Assembly (NCBI GenBank): GCA_964036045.1
Contig: OZ038378.1
Location: 91,016,001 to 91,080,000, forward strand
Reading direction: 5' to 3'
DNA: 64,000 nucleotides
Source of the DNA: Eutreptiella sp. 'Long Island Sound 2002'
Taxonomy: Eukaryota; Protista; Euglenida
The notes below the pieces were generated by a model, which saw nothing but the letters and a program-made list of their open reading frames with translations, ran no database searches and was not told the DNA's origin. The position numbers and the translations under genes are program-made. Every line of letters starts with the position of its first letter. The stretch's first letter is position 1. This document shows positions 1 to 13,667 of the stretch, in pieces.

Positions 1-78
1 CTGCGTCCCCAAGCCCACACCAGCGAATTTCTAAGGCGCCAAAATTTTAGGAGGCTGTTTAGATCCTCTTTTTGATGG

Positions 79-114
79 CCAAAGAGTCCAAAGAGTCCAA
101 AGAGTCCAAAGAGC
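79..114. repeat. 9-bp tandem repeat (CCAAAGAGT)x4
   Basis: Four consecutive units read directly; the last is CCAAAGAGC. Confidence 0.9.
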
Positions 115-1695
115 GTTTTACTTGCCTTTTGGGGGCAAGGCCGGAAATGAGTGGTGGGAATTGCCAAACGAATTTTTCCTTTTGCGGCACGCATACGCAC
201 ACACACACACAAATATACTCCTGAACTTAACCTTGCATTCATTTACTCAAGCGCCCGCGGGGGCGCTATGCAAAAAAAAAAATTCAGAATGTGACTCTTT
301 GCTCTTCTCTTTTCGTCAGAACTGCACTGCAGAGGAATGTATACTGTGGCAGTCTTCATGTGCCTAACGTTCTTTTAGAGTCAGATGAAAACAGCGCAGG
401 ATTTGATGACCACCTGAGAACCAGGTAACCACCCGAATGCGATGCATGGGAAGCCGTAAGACCCAGGAATTCCGGTTTTCACAGAATCTCAGGGGAACAG
501 TACCATAGTTGCGCTGCAGAGACCCCGGTCCCTCCAGAAATCCAGAAGCCCCTGTCCAGGAATTAAGTCAGGGAAAATATTCGGTCCGAGTTCCAGGATT
601 TTTTGAGATCACCAAGTGTTGACAGTGCCGATATGGTCAGGATTCCGCTAATTGAGAACCAGATGTATGAAGAACGCTGTAAGCCTCATCGTGTCAACCT
701 GTGCAACCCTTTACCTCATGCCGTACAAATTGTGACTCCTGCCGATGTCCGTCCGAAGAACTGCAGCGTGAAGAGCAGCCCAGGGGAACGGCCTCCCTCT
801 CTCTCTCTCCTTTCAGGGTTGAATAATTGAGCACTGTGGGTTGTTTGTGCCAGCAACTTGGATAATTGCTGTCACATTGATCATCCCTTTCAGGATTGAG
901 TCTGCGGCCCTTGCCCTGATGATCCGTGTCCGAGCCCGAAAAGGGATACCAAGCCTGCGCCAGACAACTAACACAGTTTGAGCTAGGGTATTACGCGTGT
1001 GACCGAGATGGCGCGATTAACTTGGGCTAATGTGGTTCTGATTGAAATGCCATACTCAGTCCTCCTGTGCCTACAGGGCACGGTGCCCTGGCTGCTGGCT
1101 GTGGCAGCTGGGACCTGAATGCATGCACATGAATGAGAGAGTGGCAGTCTCACTTCTAGTTGCAGTCAGAAACCCCGTGCGAGTCTTTCCAGTTCTCTCC
1201 CTCTCCGACCTTGACGCACATACAGCCTCGGTGAACCCCAGGTAACCGTTGTCTTGAGCTTGGTACCCCAGTGGGTACACTCTCACGTTTACATGCCTGC
1301 GTGATCCGGATTTTGGTTCAGAAAGTTTTGTTTCGCCCTTTTGCCCTTTGTGTCAGGCAATTTTAGCCAAGACGCCGTGCGGTGGGGACAGCAAAAACAA
1401 AAACGGAGGGAAAAGAAATTGCTTTTGCAACACACACATGGCTACATACATGCTGCGATGCGCGCACGCCTAATCTGGCCCACTGTCCTACACCAGCGCT
1501 TCACTTGGGCACTATCCATAAAGCAGCAAGAATGTGCTTGCTAACCCACTTCTGAGAACTGTGTCAGACGGCTACATGTTACCAGTGGCTTAGCGGAACT
1601 GAGCTCTGTTGATGTGGATGTCTTTGTTCACCTTACCCATGCAAACTGTTCACGGGATGCGCCTCAAGGAAGCTACCTTACTGTGTTCAAGTACC

Positions 1696-1848
1696 AGCAC
1701 CTGAAGGCCTTTTGCTCCCGTGGTATTCCCAGGGCAAAGGTCTCTTCACCAGCATCCGGAAAGCACCTGAAAGCCTTTTGCTCCCGTGGTACTTCGAGGT
1801 CAAAGGCGTCTCAGCCAGCATCCGTAGCCTCTTCGCCAGCATCCGTAA
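1696..1848. repeat. 66-bp imperfect tandem duplication plus partial third unit
   Basis: AGCACCTGAA(G/A)GCCTTTTGCTCCCGTGGTA starts at 1696 and 1762; CCAGCATCCG occurs three times. Confidence 0.8.
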
Positions 1849-2733
1849 AGTGCGAACAAACATTCGTATCTCCAGTCCAGTCTGGTTTGCTTCCAGTCGC
1901 CACCTGAATGAATGGGTTGACAGGGTGTTTGGTTGTCGTGGTTATTTGTGGTCTCTCGGTTGGCGATGATGCACCGCAGCTTTGGTTGCATTACGAGCTG
2001 GCCTTGCTACTACGTGTTCTATTCTTGCCTATCTGTCGTTGGTTTTACTCGTTTGTTCACGGAGACATCAGACCTCCGAGGTGAGAAACGGTCGTTCAGG
2101 GGGCCTCGATAGCCTTTGGAGGATCAGCCCACCATGTTTGCCTTGCTTTGGTTGGCAGCCCTTGTCGGTAGGTAGCCATCACACTAACCCGATATTCATT
2201 CTGGTCTTGAATATTCCGTGTTCTTCCGACGTAAAGGGTACATCCTGAGTTTTGCCTTACCCCACCCATGCTACTTTTCTTTCTGTCTTTTATTTCACGC
2301 ATTTTACGCACTTCTGTTATAAACATACTGCCCGAAGGACCTGGAGGCCTGAGCCCTCCTCTAGTATGCCTAATTACTCTGCTTTATTTACTCTTACTCT
2401 CTTGCCTTGCCACCTACTTTGATGGGTAGTGCTGCCTGCAATTTCCAGCTGTACGTATACAACGTACGATGCAGCTCGTTGCACTGCCAAAGCAGCAGCG
2501 CAGCTCGTTACACTGGCGAGGAAGCAGCACAGTATAGCTCTGTAGGTTACGCCACAGAATGGTTTGCCTGTACAAGTTTATGTGTAGTAATTTATGAAAG
2601 TTCACGTTTGCATAGATGTGTTGCTGGTACTAACTGCAGCTACACTGCAGCGCAATGCTTTTTCAAGCAGAACCTGGTAATGCTGTAAGGCTTTGAGAAA
2701 CTTGCCATCGTTGCAGTGAAGTAAGGTCTTCAG

Positions 2734-3005
2734 GGTTTTCTGTGCTTTAGCACAGTGTGTGCTGATGCTCCCGCATTCTGGTGTGCCTAGTGTTCCTGAG
2801 GGGTGACAGTGATGCCTGTGAGGCCAGCCAGGCTGACCCGGGTGAGACTTACGACCCGCTGGGTTTGACTGACGAACCTGACACCTTCGCCAAACTGAAG
2901 GATATTAAGAATAAGATCAGCCGTCTGGCAATGTTCTTCTCATTGTGCTATTACAAGCAGGCTATTGTGATCAGTGAGGGAGGAGTTGAGAATCCCCAGC
3001 ACCAG
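2734..3005 (+). pseudogene. Lhcb: Degenerate chlorophyll a/b-binding (LHCII) fragment, helix 2 end to helix 3
   Basis: PGETYDPLGLTDEPDTFAKLKDIKNKISRLAMFFSLCYYKQAIVISEGGVEN aligns by eye to LHCII [52 protein letters not shown]. Chl ligands E and N are altered, the upstream VLM motif is in another frame, and no N-terminus is seen. Confidence 0.85.
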
Positions 3006-5787
3006 TGGTCAGTGTCCTTCCCTGCTGGGTACCCCTGTGGCTCTGCTGACTGCCTGTGGTCGTGTGTCTCACAATTAGGCTTCATGGCACAGCGCCCCGA
3101 ACTCAACACGTGGTTGGGGAACATCACCTTGTGTTGCTGGTACCGCGTTAGTAAACCAGCCCTTCTGCGTTTCAGGTGGAGTCTACAGTATTTTGTGTTT
3201 AGCTGACTTGTTACGGCCTACACTTGTCTCGTTGTGGCTCTGCCTGAGCCTGCATGTATGTCAATCTATCCTGTGTATTATGTATGGACTGCTGTCCTGA
3301 TGCTTTTCTATTTTTTTATCCAACTTTGGCAAGTGGACCCTTCCTGTATCGAAGTGGGATTTCCGACTTGCCAGAATTTCCTGTTGTTTGTTGAAATAGA
3401 CTGAAGTGACCAACCTTTCTTCTTGCTCAGTTACCTCTTTGTTTCCTCTCACTGATTACTCTGTCTGAGCGAGAGCCTACTCTGGATACTGCTTACAGGG
3501 GCTGGAGGGTTGGTAAATGTATGACCGGCAAAGCAACAGAAGCGGTGCCCGGGGTGGTCAAAAGCTCTGGTTTCCGGACAGCCCCCTTATCTCTTTCAGA
3601 ATGCGGGGGGGAGAGTGCTGCTTTTTTGTCCAGATAGAGGATCGACTGTTCTTTGAACCTGATTTATGGTGACTGTGTCTAAGATTCCTTATTCTGAACC
3701 AATGTCCAGGCAGTACCTCCTGTTGGATGCCTGAAGAACCTTAGTACTAGGCATTGCCAGGTTGATATCGCCCAGGCCAGCATGTCTTTTGCTGTACTCT
3801 TGTTCGGTATTCAGTGTGAACCTTCTGTACAGCACCACTGTGAGTGCCCCGTCCCAAAAAACGGGAGTTTCGCGCGCCTGTGAGAAGTGGCAGTTGCTGC
3901 GCACTGGTACCCAGTTTGGATGTCCCAGGCCTGACGACCGGAAGCCCATGATTCGATCACAGGGCGTTCTGCTTAGTACGTTTGGGTTTTACAGGCTGTA
4001 TAGCCATAGTTTTCTCTCTTCGGAGCATGCGACAATTTCATACGCACTGTTTTCTCTTCGCCCACTGGGAGGGCGCCGACTTGTCCCTGTTAAGGACAGT
4101 GGGATGTGCAACTTTGTTTGTCTGCATGTTTTAATGACGGTTGAGGGTCCAGACCACATGTACAACTGGACCTCTGGTTCTGTTATGTGGATGTGGACCC
4201 TGTCTACTGTGCAGAGCAGTTTCCTTCCTCCTAGTTCATTTCCTAGTTATTACTCTCGCCACTGTCGGATTCTTTGCTGGTACTTTGTGACACCCTGAGC
4301 GTATATCTCTCCGTATTCGAGGTACCTGACGTGTACAGGACAGTCCTGAATTGTCTGCCACGGGTCCACTGAAGTGAATGTCGGTGGTACTTTGTTTTGC
4401 ACTTAGTGGTCAAGTCACAGTCTTGGGCAGGACACCAGCTTCTTCAGTCGGTAGCCGCAGACACGGCCTGATTTGTTGTTGAAGTCCTGCCTTGTTTGTT
4501 CAGGTTAACCAGACATTAATCTCCTTTCGGTACCGTGTACGCTGAGGTGCCCTGACGACCATCCATGTTAAGCTATGTGATTACTACGATGGGATACCGA
4601 TACCTGGGGGCTCGCCAAAGCCATGAGCATGACAACAATTTTTGAGTAACCCCGTCCGTACCCGGAAGTGCATAACTCAAGTCGAGGAGACCTCTGAGGA
4701 TGCAGGGAGTGGGTATTACGTCTGGACTTTGTCGAGATAGCCAGAAGCGTAAGTCTGGGGGGACTATTCTGCCGCTTGACAAATAATTACGTCTGGACAT
4801 GGTTGAGCTACCCAGGTTTGTAAGTCTGTTATGACCGTCCTGGCCACTCGGCGAACTAGGTAACCTTCTTAAGTTAAATCCATGAGAACCTCTGAGTTCC
4901 CAGTTAGCATAGGCGTAGGAGGTGTGAGTACAGGTCTGAAACCACTTTGCTTCTAACGACTCTGGAAATATCCTGTCATACCCAGAGCTAAGGGCTGGAT
5001 GTAATCAGTCTGTGTGACAATAACGGCCCATGGTGTTCCAGGAATTGGCCTTGAGGCATTTGCCTATGCCTGGTTTCGCTGACGACAATGATTCACTGTT
5101 CTATGGTGTCCCCTTGTGTCTTGCCTAAGGGAGGATCATTTTAGTGTGGGTTCACATCCTCGCACCTGCCGAGCTATGTCTGGCGAGTGGTAGTAATTCT
5201 CCTGTCTAGACTTTTCAGCTACAGTCTTCGCTCTGGCTGCACTTCAGTGCATGCACGATGCCTACGAGACCGGACGTTGTGCTGTCCTTTTGTGGCTCTC
5301 AGGGTGTATAGAATTTGCAAGGTGCATTTTAATGTGAACCTGCTCTGTCCTCTATGGTCTCTGAACGTAGGATACCGAACAACTCCTTAGAGTTTGTTGG
5401 TGAGACGATGCGGTATTATAGATGCATTACTGCCTCCGTCTGCCAAGGCCAAGTTTCTGACTTCTTTGAGCGTTGCTTTGTCCCCTATCTTTTGCAATGT
5501 AGCTTTTGAAGTGAAAGGCCCTGTTTGGTGTTTGCCAGGCCGTGCGGCAGGGTTGTGTTGTATGAGTCGAGCGTTTGTGTAATTTGTGTACAAATGTAAA
5601 CAGGGCTAATTTCTAATGGTGTATGGGTATACTGATGTCAGAATTGTGACTGTGGGTAGTGTATCAGGAGCGAACCCAGCCTCCTCAAGGTTAGTAGTCC
5701 TCCTCTGGTGTTTGACTAGCGTCTCAGAAAATCTATGAATTTGCTCATGAGAAGTAATTCATGTGCGTCACCTGGTGTGGAGTGTAT

Positions 5788-6949
5788 CACATATGATTTT
5801 ACGATGTCGCCAGATCCCAAAATTCAGTTGCCGGACTACCGCTGAACCCGCCGCGGTCGCGATTTTCCCGCCGCAGCAAGCATTTCCGGCTCATTTTGCG
5901 AGATTTGTGCCAATTCTGTGCGCAGTTAAGCAGATTTAAGAAGCGCAATCTGCCAATCGCAATCATATCCTGCTCTTGTGATCAAATGACGGTCATCCCA
6001 TCAACCTTTAGGGAGATATTTCCAAAATACCGCCTTTTCGGGCCTTTTTCGGCACTTTTTCACGAAGAAAGTGGCCTAAGTGGATCTCGGTGAGGTCTCA
6101 TGAGATTTCAAATGGGTCAAGGTTCTCCCTAACGTTAGTTTGGCCTTAGCAAACCACAATATTTGACCCTAAATGGTGGTGCATCAAGATAATTGAGTGG
6201 CGGGTGCCAAAATTGCCTCAAAACAGCCATATTTGCCCCTTTTAACTTGTAAAGGTTAGTTTGGCCTTGGATGGAGGCAGACACAGAGCAGGAAAACACA
6301 ATTTACAGCATCCGTATGTACACAAATTTGCCGTTTTTCATGAAAAATCGCAAGAAAAATGACCGTTTTCCGGTCAAACATTGAGTTCTTTTGGCCTGAG
6401 ACAAGCAGTTGAAGACCCCCCTCTCCATTTGGAGGGTGCTGGATACGAAGAAGCAGGTTGTAGAGGCAAATATATCACGAAAACACAATTTACAGCATGC
6501 GTATGCACCAAAATTTGCCATTTTTCGGGAAAAAAACGGCCAAACATGGTTGTTTTTTGGCCAAAAATTGAGTTTTTTTAGCTTCAGATAACCAGTTGAA
6601 GACCCCCTCTCCCTATTTTGAGGGTGCTGGATGCTAACAAGCAGGTTGCAGGGGCACACAGATCACAAAAACGCAATTTACAGCATGTGTATGCACCAAA
6701 ATTTGCCATTTTTCATGGAAAAAAACGGCAAAAAATGGCCGCTTTTTGGTGAAAAATTGTGTTTTTTGGCCTCAGCCAAGCAGTTGAAGACCTCCCCACC
6801 CCTATTTTGAGGGTGCTAGATGCAAAAAAGCATGTTGTATGGGGACACAGATCGCCCAAACACAATTTACAGCATGCTAACTACTTGAATGGGTGTTTTT
6901 TTTATTGTTGCAGGTTTTGGGATTTTTGGACGTCATAAAATCCTATGTG
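5788..6949. mobile_element. Non-autonomous TIR DNA transposon (CAC...GTG family, element E) with internal tandem array
   Basis: Left end CACATATGATTTTACGATG...ATCCCAAAA; right end reverse-complement CACATAGGATTTTATGACG...ATCCCAAAA. No clean TSD. Confidence 0.75.
6295..6880. repeat. ~187-bp tandem array, about 3.2 copies, inside element E
   Basis: CACAATTTACAGCATG-like motif recurs near 6296, 6482, 6669 and 6858; CCCTATTTTGAGGGTGCTGG is shared with the 37.7-39.1 kb array. Confidence 0.85.
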
Positions 6950-8867
6950 TGGTTGTATGTTCAATCGGTGCGCTTCCTCAAATTAACCGCTGTCCGAGTT
7001 GATAGTAGCATATCAGCTGCTTCATGCACTGTATGCACACTTCCGTCTGTATTTAATTTCTGTGCTATCTGGTCCCGACTGATGTCAGGTGTGTTGGCGG
7101 AGAGCCAGTCTCAGAGGATGCTTGCCCACAGGGTGCTGCATGTTCACCCTGAGGACGTAAAGGGTGACGTTTCATTCAGCTAGACTGATCACCTGAGTAC
7201 AGATTGCTGCATGTTCTCGGAAAGGGAAGCTCATTGGAGTACAACGACAGGGTTATTTTTCTGCTACTTCAAAGAATACCTGCATGGCTGTCTCCAGGTT
7301 GTGCCTCATTGGTCTGTGCCTCTGTGACTGGGACGCCTGTGTTCATTTCGCAGATTCCAGATATCCAAAGGCTTACTGGATTTTGTAACCCTTCTGATCG
7401 TCTCCAGAATGCAGAGCCCTTACATGATGATGTGATTTGCAAGGCAGATCTAAAAAGACAGTTCCTTTGCAGTGCTGGCAGCCCCGGGTACCCCTATGCC
7501 TGAGAGTTTCACCAGAGCTTCCTACTGGGGCATGACCCCTCTGGATTTTCTGTTTCCAGTTATTCCCTCTGCAGATGTACTGGTAGCTGCTGCCGTTGGT
7601 TGTCGGCTTGCCTAAGACTTTTAGGTGCCGGGCCGACAAGGAAGAGGATTCCTGATATTTCAAGGAGGACCATGTGCCTGGAGGCTTGTGTTCTGAACCT
7701 CCTGGGGTGTGAGGTGGAATATTCTCAGAGTATGCAAGAAATGCAGAATTTTAGGTGAATTGCTTTGATTGCCATTGGCGTGGTGGGAGGCTCAGGAGCT
7801 TGTTTTGCGGGCGAATTTGTTCCAACTGTCATGTTGATTTCTAGTTTGCCGTGGTGTTTGCCTGGGCACAGTGCTTATGGCTTCTACACCCCTGTGCCCC
7901 TGACCAGAGCGCCCCCTAAGACTTCCTTACCTTTTGTGCGTCGTCTGGGGGGGAGCCACAAAAACTGCAGGTACAGTGTGCGGGGCACTCTGCTCACATC
8001 TGCGATTCGGCCTGCTAATTCTTGTCTGTAGATAGTGACGGTGGTATGCTATCGTTGAGATGGCTGGCCTGTCGCCGTCGCCATCGCCGACGTCTCAGTT
8101 CTTCAAGACACATTTAATGCTGATGAGAGTTTGTGGAATTATCGCCCTGATTTATCAATTTCTGAATGTCGTTTTATCAATAGAATTATCTCGTGCCCGA
8201 ATGTAGATTTTCATGGCGGTATTTCAGTGCTGTGCGCATCTCATTCATGTACATTCATTTTTAGCAATGTTCCGTGTCATGCGTGCTGAGTTTGGTGATT
8301 GTTTAAGCATACGAGTGGAATCGTTTGGTCGAAGCATGCATTCCTTCATTCATGCCAGTTCTCCTCACATGCATACAAATAGTATGTGCATAATATTGCC
8401 GTATGCTTCTCTTTGTTGCTTCCGTTATCTCTTTATAGGCATGTAGGCGGAGCCAAGCCTCGCCCATGCATGGGGCTACACAATAGATACGAGGCACGGG
8501 GGCTTCTTGGTGTGGATATAGATGACTCGAGGTTCAACCAGGTACGGCATAAAGAACAAAGATGCACTCATGCCGTACTGAGGAGTGCATTGCCTCCATG
8601 TGGGATTCTTGCTCTGGATTGTTGCTTCGCTTTGTTTGTTGTTTGCTCGATCGTTTGGTATCACATTTTCAAGAGAACCTTAGTTTGCTCCTGTGCTACC
8701 AAACCCACTCCCAATATATTGGAATACTTGTTTACATACACACACGATATACGTGCAAGGAACACACTCGTTTTGACACTCTTTTTCTGTTTTGCGGAAT
8801 ATGCCAATTTTGTTTAGGATGTTCGAAAGTTACAAAAGGAGTCGTCTAACTTTTTATCTTTGTACTC

Positions 8868-11800
8868 AGGGAGTGGCACGTCCGCCGGGCGAAGGAGCTG
8901 GCACAAGTACAGCAACGCTATTTTCAGAACCCCCAGCCCTACAAGTTCCTAAAGCACGTGGACAAAGTCCTGGGGGAAACCCGCCACCAAGGTATCCAGG
9001 CGGTGCGCCTGCGAAACAGCACAGTCACCAACAATCCCAAAGTGTTCCTCGAGGAAGTCCTGAAAAGCTTCCAACGCCAAAACAACACCGAGGAAGAGGA
9101 GTTATCCGCGTACACGGAGGAATTGACAACGCATTTGCCAAAACTCTACAACCGGACACAACGACGAGACATGCACGGCACCCCGTTCACCATTCGGGAA
9201 CCAGATGAAGTGCTGTACAAACTGCAACCGGGAAAATCCCCGGGGCTGGACGGCCTCCCGGCGGAGCTCTACCGCAGGCTGCCACTGAACCTGAAGAGAC
9301 ACTTGGCCGCGTGCCTGTGGGATATCGTCATCGGGAAAACAGACGTACCACCCTATTGGGCGAACCTGGTACACCCACTGTATAAGAAAAGCGACTGGGC
9401 CAACCCAGACAACTGGAGGCCCATAGTATGCGCTACAACGGGAGCCAAACTCTATGGATGCTCATCCACAAACGGGTGGCCCTGGCAGTTTACCGCGCTA
9501 TACCGCCCATGATATGGGGAGTCATACCTGGTAGGTCGCCGCTGGAGGCAATATTTATGCAAGAGGCCGCCGTAGACATGGACCAGATGAGCCTGATCAT
9601 CATGTCCCTGGATGTCGAGGGGGTTTTCCCCAACACCCCGCATCGCCTCCTACCGGCTGTCTGGAAACACATGGCACTCCCCTTCCAGGGTTTCCTACAA
9701 GCATATCTTGCCACCCGCATGTATGCAGTGAAAACGGATGTGGGCACCACCCCATGGGTCCGCCTCAGCAGTGCAGTCCCGCATGCAGGTGCGGAGGGCC
9801 CATTCCTCTTCCTGCTCGTCACCCTCCGTCTGGCCTTTTACATCTGGCGCACATACCCAGACGTGGCACCATACCCCCTACGGACCACGCTCCTAGCATT
9901 TGCGGACGACATAGCGGTGGTGACCGCCACCGCCCGTCAGCCCCTGCCAACCACCAGATGCCACCAGTGCCACAAACATACTCCATGCCGTCACCAACTA
10001 TCTGGAGGGCAACCAGCTACTGGCGCACAACGTCAAATCTGCCACGATGGTACACAACGCACCACCACCACCCCTCCGCCCAGGAGGCCCGCCCATGAAC
10101 CCAGTGAGCACGGCCACCTACCTGGGGGTCCAAGAAGCGGCCACAACCAACGAGGTCACCCTGCCACCAAAACCTGATACGGCAGCTGAATCGGACACTA
10201 GTCATAGCGCGCATCGTGGCACTCCCCACGCAGCTCCTGGCATACTTCCTACAAGCCGTGCTGAACGCAGCTATAGGGTTCCAGGCCCTGCACCTAACAC
10301 AACCCAAATAAATGCTGCAGGAGGCCATTGCCACGGTACGGCGAGCGTGGACCATCCACGGCCACCAGCCCACGTCACTACCCGCGGCGGTGCGCAGGGC
10401 GTCACTACCATACTACACGTACACAGCTCACACCGCGACCCACCTGTGTCGTCTCATGCACAATTATGAACCGGAGGTGAGGGAACTCTTCATGCACGTC
10501 GACAGTACGAGAGGCCCAGTACCATCGCAACACCTGCCCCGAATACATACTTCACCAGCGGGGCCTCCTCACCAAGGTAGGGACCCGCATATGGAATCAC
10601 CTACAAGTCCTGCTACCCCGGCACAAAAATGTCATCCAAACGGGCCATCTGTGCAGGGAGACCGGCCCTGTGGCGGTCCTACACACCGATGTGAGTGAAG
10701 GGCCAACAGGAAGCACCACCACTCTGGACATGGTGGGCACCCCGCTACACCTCGTACGACTCACTTTGAACCAGATGCGGGCCCTCCAGCGAGTGGGCAC
10801 ACACCACGTCCCCTTCCTACAGCACCCAGAGTGGCCCAGCAAGTCGGTGTTGGAAAGTCACATGCGAAACGCGGCCACACGAACCGGACACACAGAGCGG
10901 ACCGATGGGGAGGTATGTGGGGCATACGGTCTGTTTTGGAGCACGCACAAACGGCCGCTACCACGGGCCCCAGCAGGTGGAAACGCGGCCCACCACCGGC
11001 TGCCGGAACAAGTCGAGTATGTACCAGGCGCCACGGTGTTAGCGCTACTCCTCCTGGCGCCCAACGGACTCAAAACCACGTTGCGACCTGGCAGAGCGCG
11101 CGGCAACTTGTGGATGCTACTGCCGCCCACAGCACGCAACTTCTGCCCGCTGCTGCTACCGGAGGACACGCTGACGGGCACCTCCACCACTTGTTCGAGA
11201 TGTGGGCCCCAAGCGCCAGCCACCCCGTGGCCCCTCCTCCAACTACTGGGGTGCTACCACCACATACCAACGGCCCACGCTACCCCCGAACAACACCGGT
11301 GCCTGCACACACACTTCGAGCGGGCTTCAGCGGAGGACACGGCCACAGTAGCGTGGGGACCCAGCGCCGCGGCAGAACAGATATTCCATCGGGAAACGTG
11401 GGACACGAAGCACCCAGCCATTACCTTTCTGCCGCTGGCCAAACACCGCAGCAGCACACCGGAGGCCCCCGCCTACCCGGTTAAACACCGCTGCTCCATA
11501 GTCCAGGACTGGCAGACAATTGGAGGGACCACATTCCACCCACAGAAGGCGTACCTGCTATGTATACGGCTACCTCACAAAAGGCCGCGAAGGGAACAAC
11601 GACTATGCACGCATGAACTTAGCGGCAACCGGGATCATCCGCCAGAAAATAGTCGTCTACGCTACCTGCAGGCTCCAACCAGCCACCACCACACTGTGGG
11701 CCACGACAGAACAGGGTGCACGTGTCCGCGCCTACCAGCCAGCGACGCCATGCCGCCTGCCATGCCCGGACAACCACAACACCGTCAGTTTTGCGGATGC

Positions 11801-13538
11801 CACGAGCCTCACCCCGGCATCCAGGGGGGCAGCTTTGGAGTTGCGGATGGACGCCGCAGGCCGACTGCACCAACACCACCCCACAGGGGCCACCATCCTG
11901 GGGACCCCCTCCACGGGGAACCAAAGACACTGGCGATCATCGTGGACGTCGTCAATGACGCCCACCAACAACCGCGAGACGACGCGCACCATGTCTGGGC
12001 CATAGTACACGCAGCGGCGGACTTCAAGATCGTCCGCAAACAGGCCTGGCAGCCCCTGCACAGGACACCCGACTTCAGCCTGGGCACCCAGGCCAAACAC
12101 CTCTCGGCGGCTTGAAGACGCCTCCCCAAACACGTCGTCTTACACCTCGTCGAACAACAGTCCCATTGGTACAGCCTGGCCAACGGACACATAGACTTAC
12201 ACGCCCACAACCAGCTTGTAGAGCATATGCCGGACGGCGAGGACCCGCCGCTACAGGACCACATGCACAGACACCTCCAACACATACCGCCGATCCCGCA
12301 CCCCGTGGAACCACCAACCTGGGTACCAGACGACCAGATCAACAACTACACGGGACAGGCGTACCAATACCCGCCACCCATCCGCACCATGGCGCACATC
12401 CGAGGCAGCCATGCCGACAACACCCTCATGAACCACCTCCAACATAAACTGCAAACCGCGTTGTACTTCTCAGCTCTTGACCTGTCCCTGCTGCCGGTAC
12501 ACCTACAAGCACAATGTGCCCAACTCTTGCTCTAACAACTGCCCCTCCCAGACAGGGTGGCACGCTGGTAAGGCTGACGAGGTATAGACATACCCCCAGA
12601 ATACACCAGATGCCCCTGCCACCTCCAACAGCCGGAGACGTCACTCACAGATCCAAGACCGGGCAAAGAAGGCACAACACAAGCAAGTGCACAGCACGTC
12701 AACTGTCAACTGTTCCGGAACCTTTACCAGCAACACAAATCAAGTCCCAGGGACCTCAGTTCTCAACAGTTCTCACCAGTTCAACGTTGTGTTTGCAAGC
12801 AAGGCAAAAACAAGGCAATTGCAAAGCATTAGTCAGAAATGTTGTGTCAAAATTTAGCAGCCAATAGCCGGAAATGTCCAGAGCGATCTGCACTACAGCT
12901 GAGCAGCACAACAACAGCAGAACAACAATATTCAAACGACTTTTGGCAGGCATCTTTAGATTCAACCACAGCATTGTAATGTTCTGACATATCCACACTT
13001 TTGTGCCAAGGGATCAAATGTATTCAAGCAATGGATTTTGCAAAAATTCATGTTTGAACGACAAATTTTTGGCACCGCGGCCGTTTCAGATCCAGTGCGG
13101 TAGCGTAAATGCGGTTTGGCCGCAGAATGCCCCACAAAATCATAGGTGACATGGGAACACTTCGAACAATGTCCGTTGGCTCAAGGACGCAACCACCTGG
13201 CCACGTGGATACCGGAGGACACCATAGCACAACACGCCAGATGCAGCCCGACCGCCCCACCGAGAGATGAGGTCCGGCGCCTGATGCGGCAACCGGAGAC
13301 CAAGGAAGGGGTGCTCAGGGGAGCGGTACCGCTCCAGCTCTGCAGGATCATCGCCGACCACGCTCCGGAACCCGAAGCCACAGTACGTCACATGCAACTC
13401 ACCGCCGTCAAGAGGGCGGACGCACAGCTGCAGCACCGCGTCCAGCTGTACGCGCAGGAAGCACAACAGACCTCCCACGACCGCCGTATTTATTACAACC
13501 TCCTCATCCATTACCAACCCGCACAGCCCGGCGACTAG
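8868..13538 (+). mobile_element. Non-LTR retrotransposon family 1 ORF2, 5'-truncated and frameshifted: RT - RNase H - C-terminal CCHC knuckle
   Basis: KSPGLDGLPAELY, NWRPIVC, SLDVEGVFPN, PHAGAEGPFLF and FADD (8958-9920). RNase H remnants FADA...HGEPK...VLHLVEQQSH...NGHID (~11790-12215). CPCHLQQPET/WEHFEQC is split by the 12642-13148 insert. Stop at 13536-13538. Confidence 0.92.
12642..13148. mobile_element. 507-bp CAC...GTG insertion (element A) with 4-bp TSD ACGT/ACAT
   Basis: Flanks are ACGT (12638-41) and ACAT (13149-52). Removing the insert and one TSD restores GAG ACG TGG GAA CAC (ETWEH). It is an inverted homolog of 14050-14575. Confidence 0.85.
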
Positions 13539-13667
13539 CAACACACACTGGCACACGGCAACCGCCAGGAAACTGCCATCGCACCACCCGCCACACCGCA
13601 CTGCACACAAGCGCGCGCACTCCCGTACAGTAACCTGATTGTGCCACGAACTGTACCTCTTCTCAGG

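Noticed and set aside
1712-2050. Cytochrome b/petD-like LLPWY text
   Set aside because: Arises from a local 66-bp duplication; no extended alignment.
4560-4900. rRNA-like sequence
   Set aside because: No conserved rRNA signature could be matched.
5387-5593. RdRp-like ARLIQ...GPF motif (endogenous RNA virus)
   Set aside because: Short match, stops on both sides, and no GDD or other motifs found.
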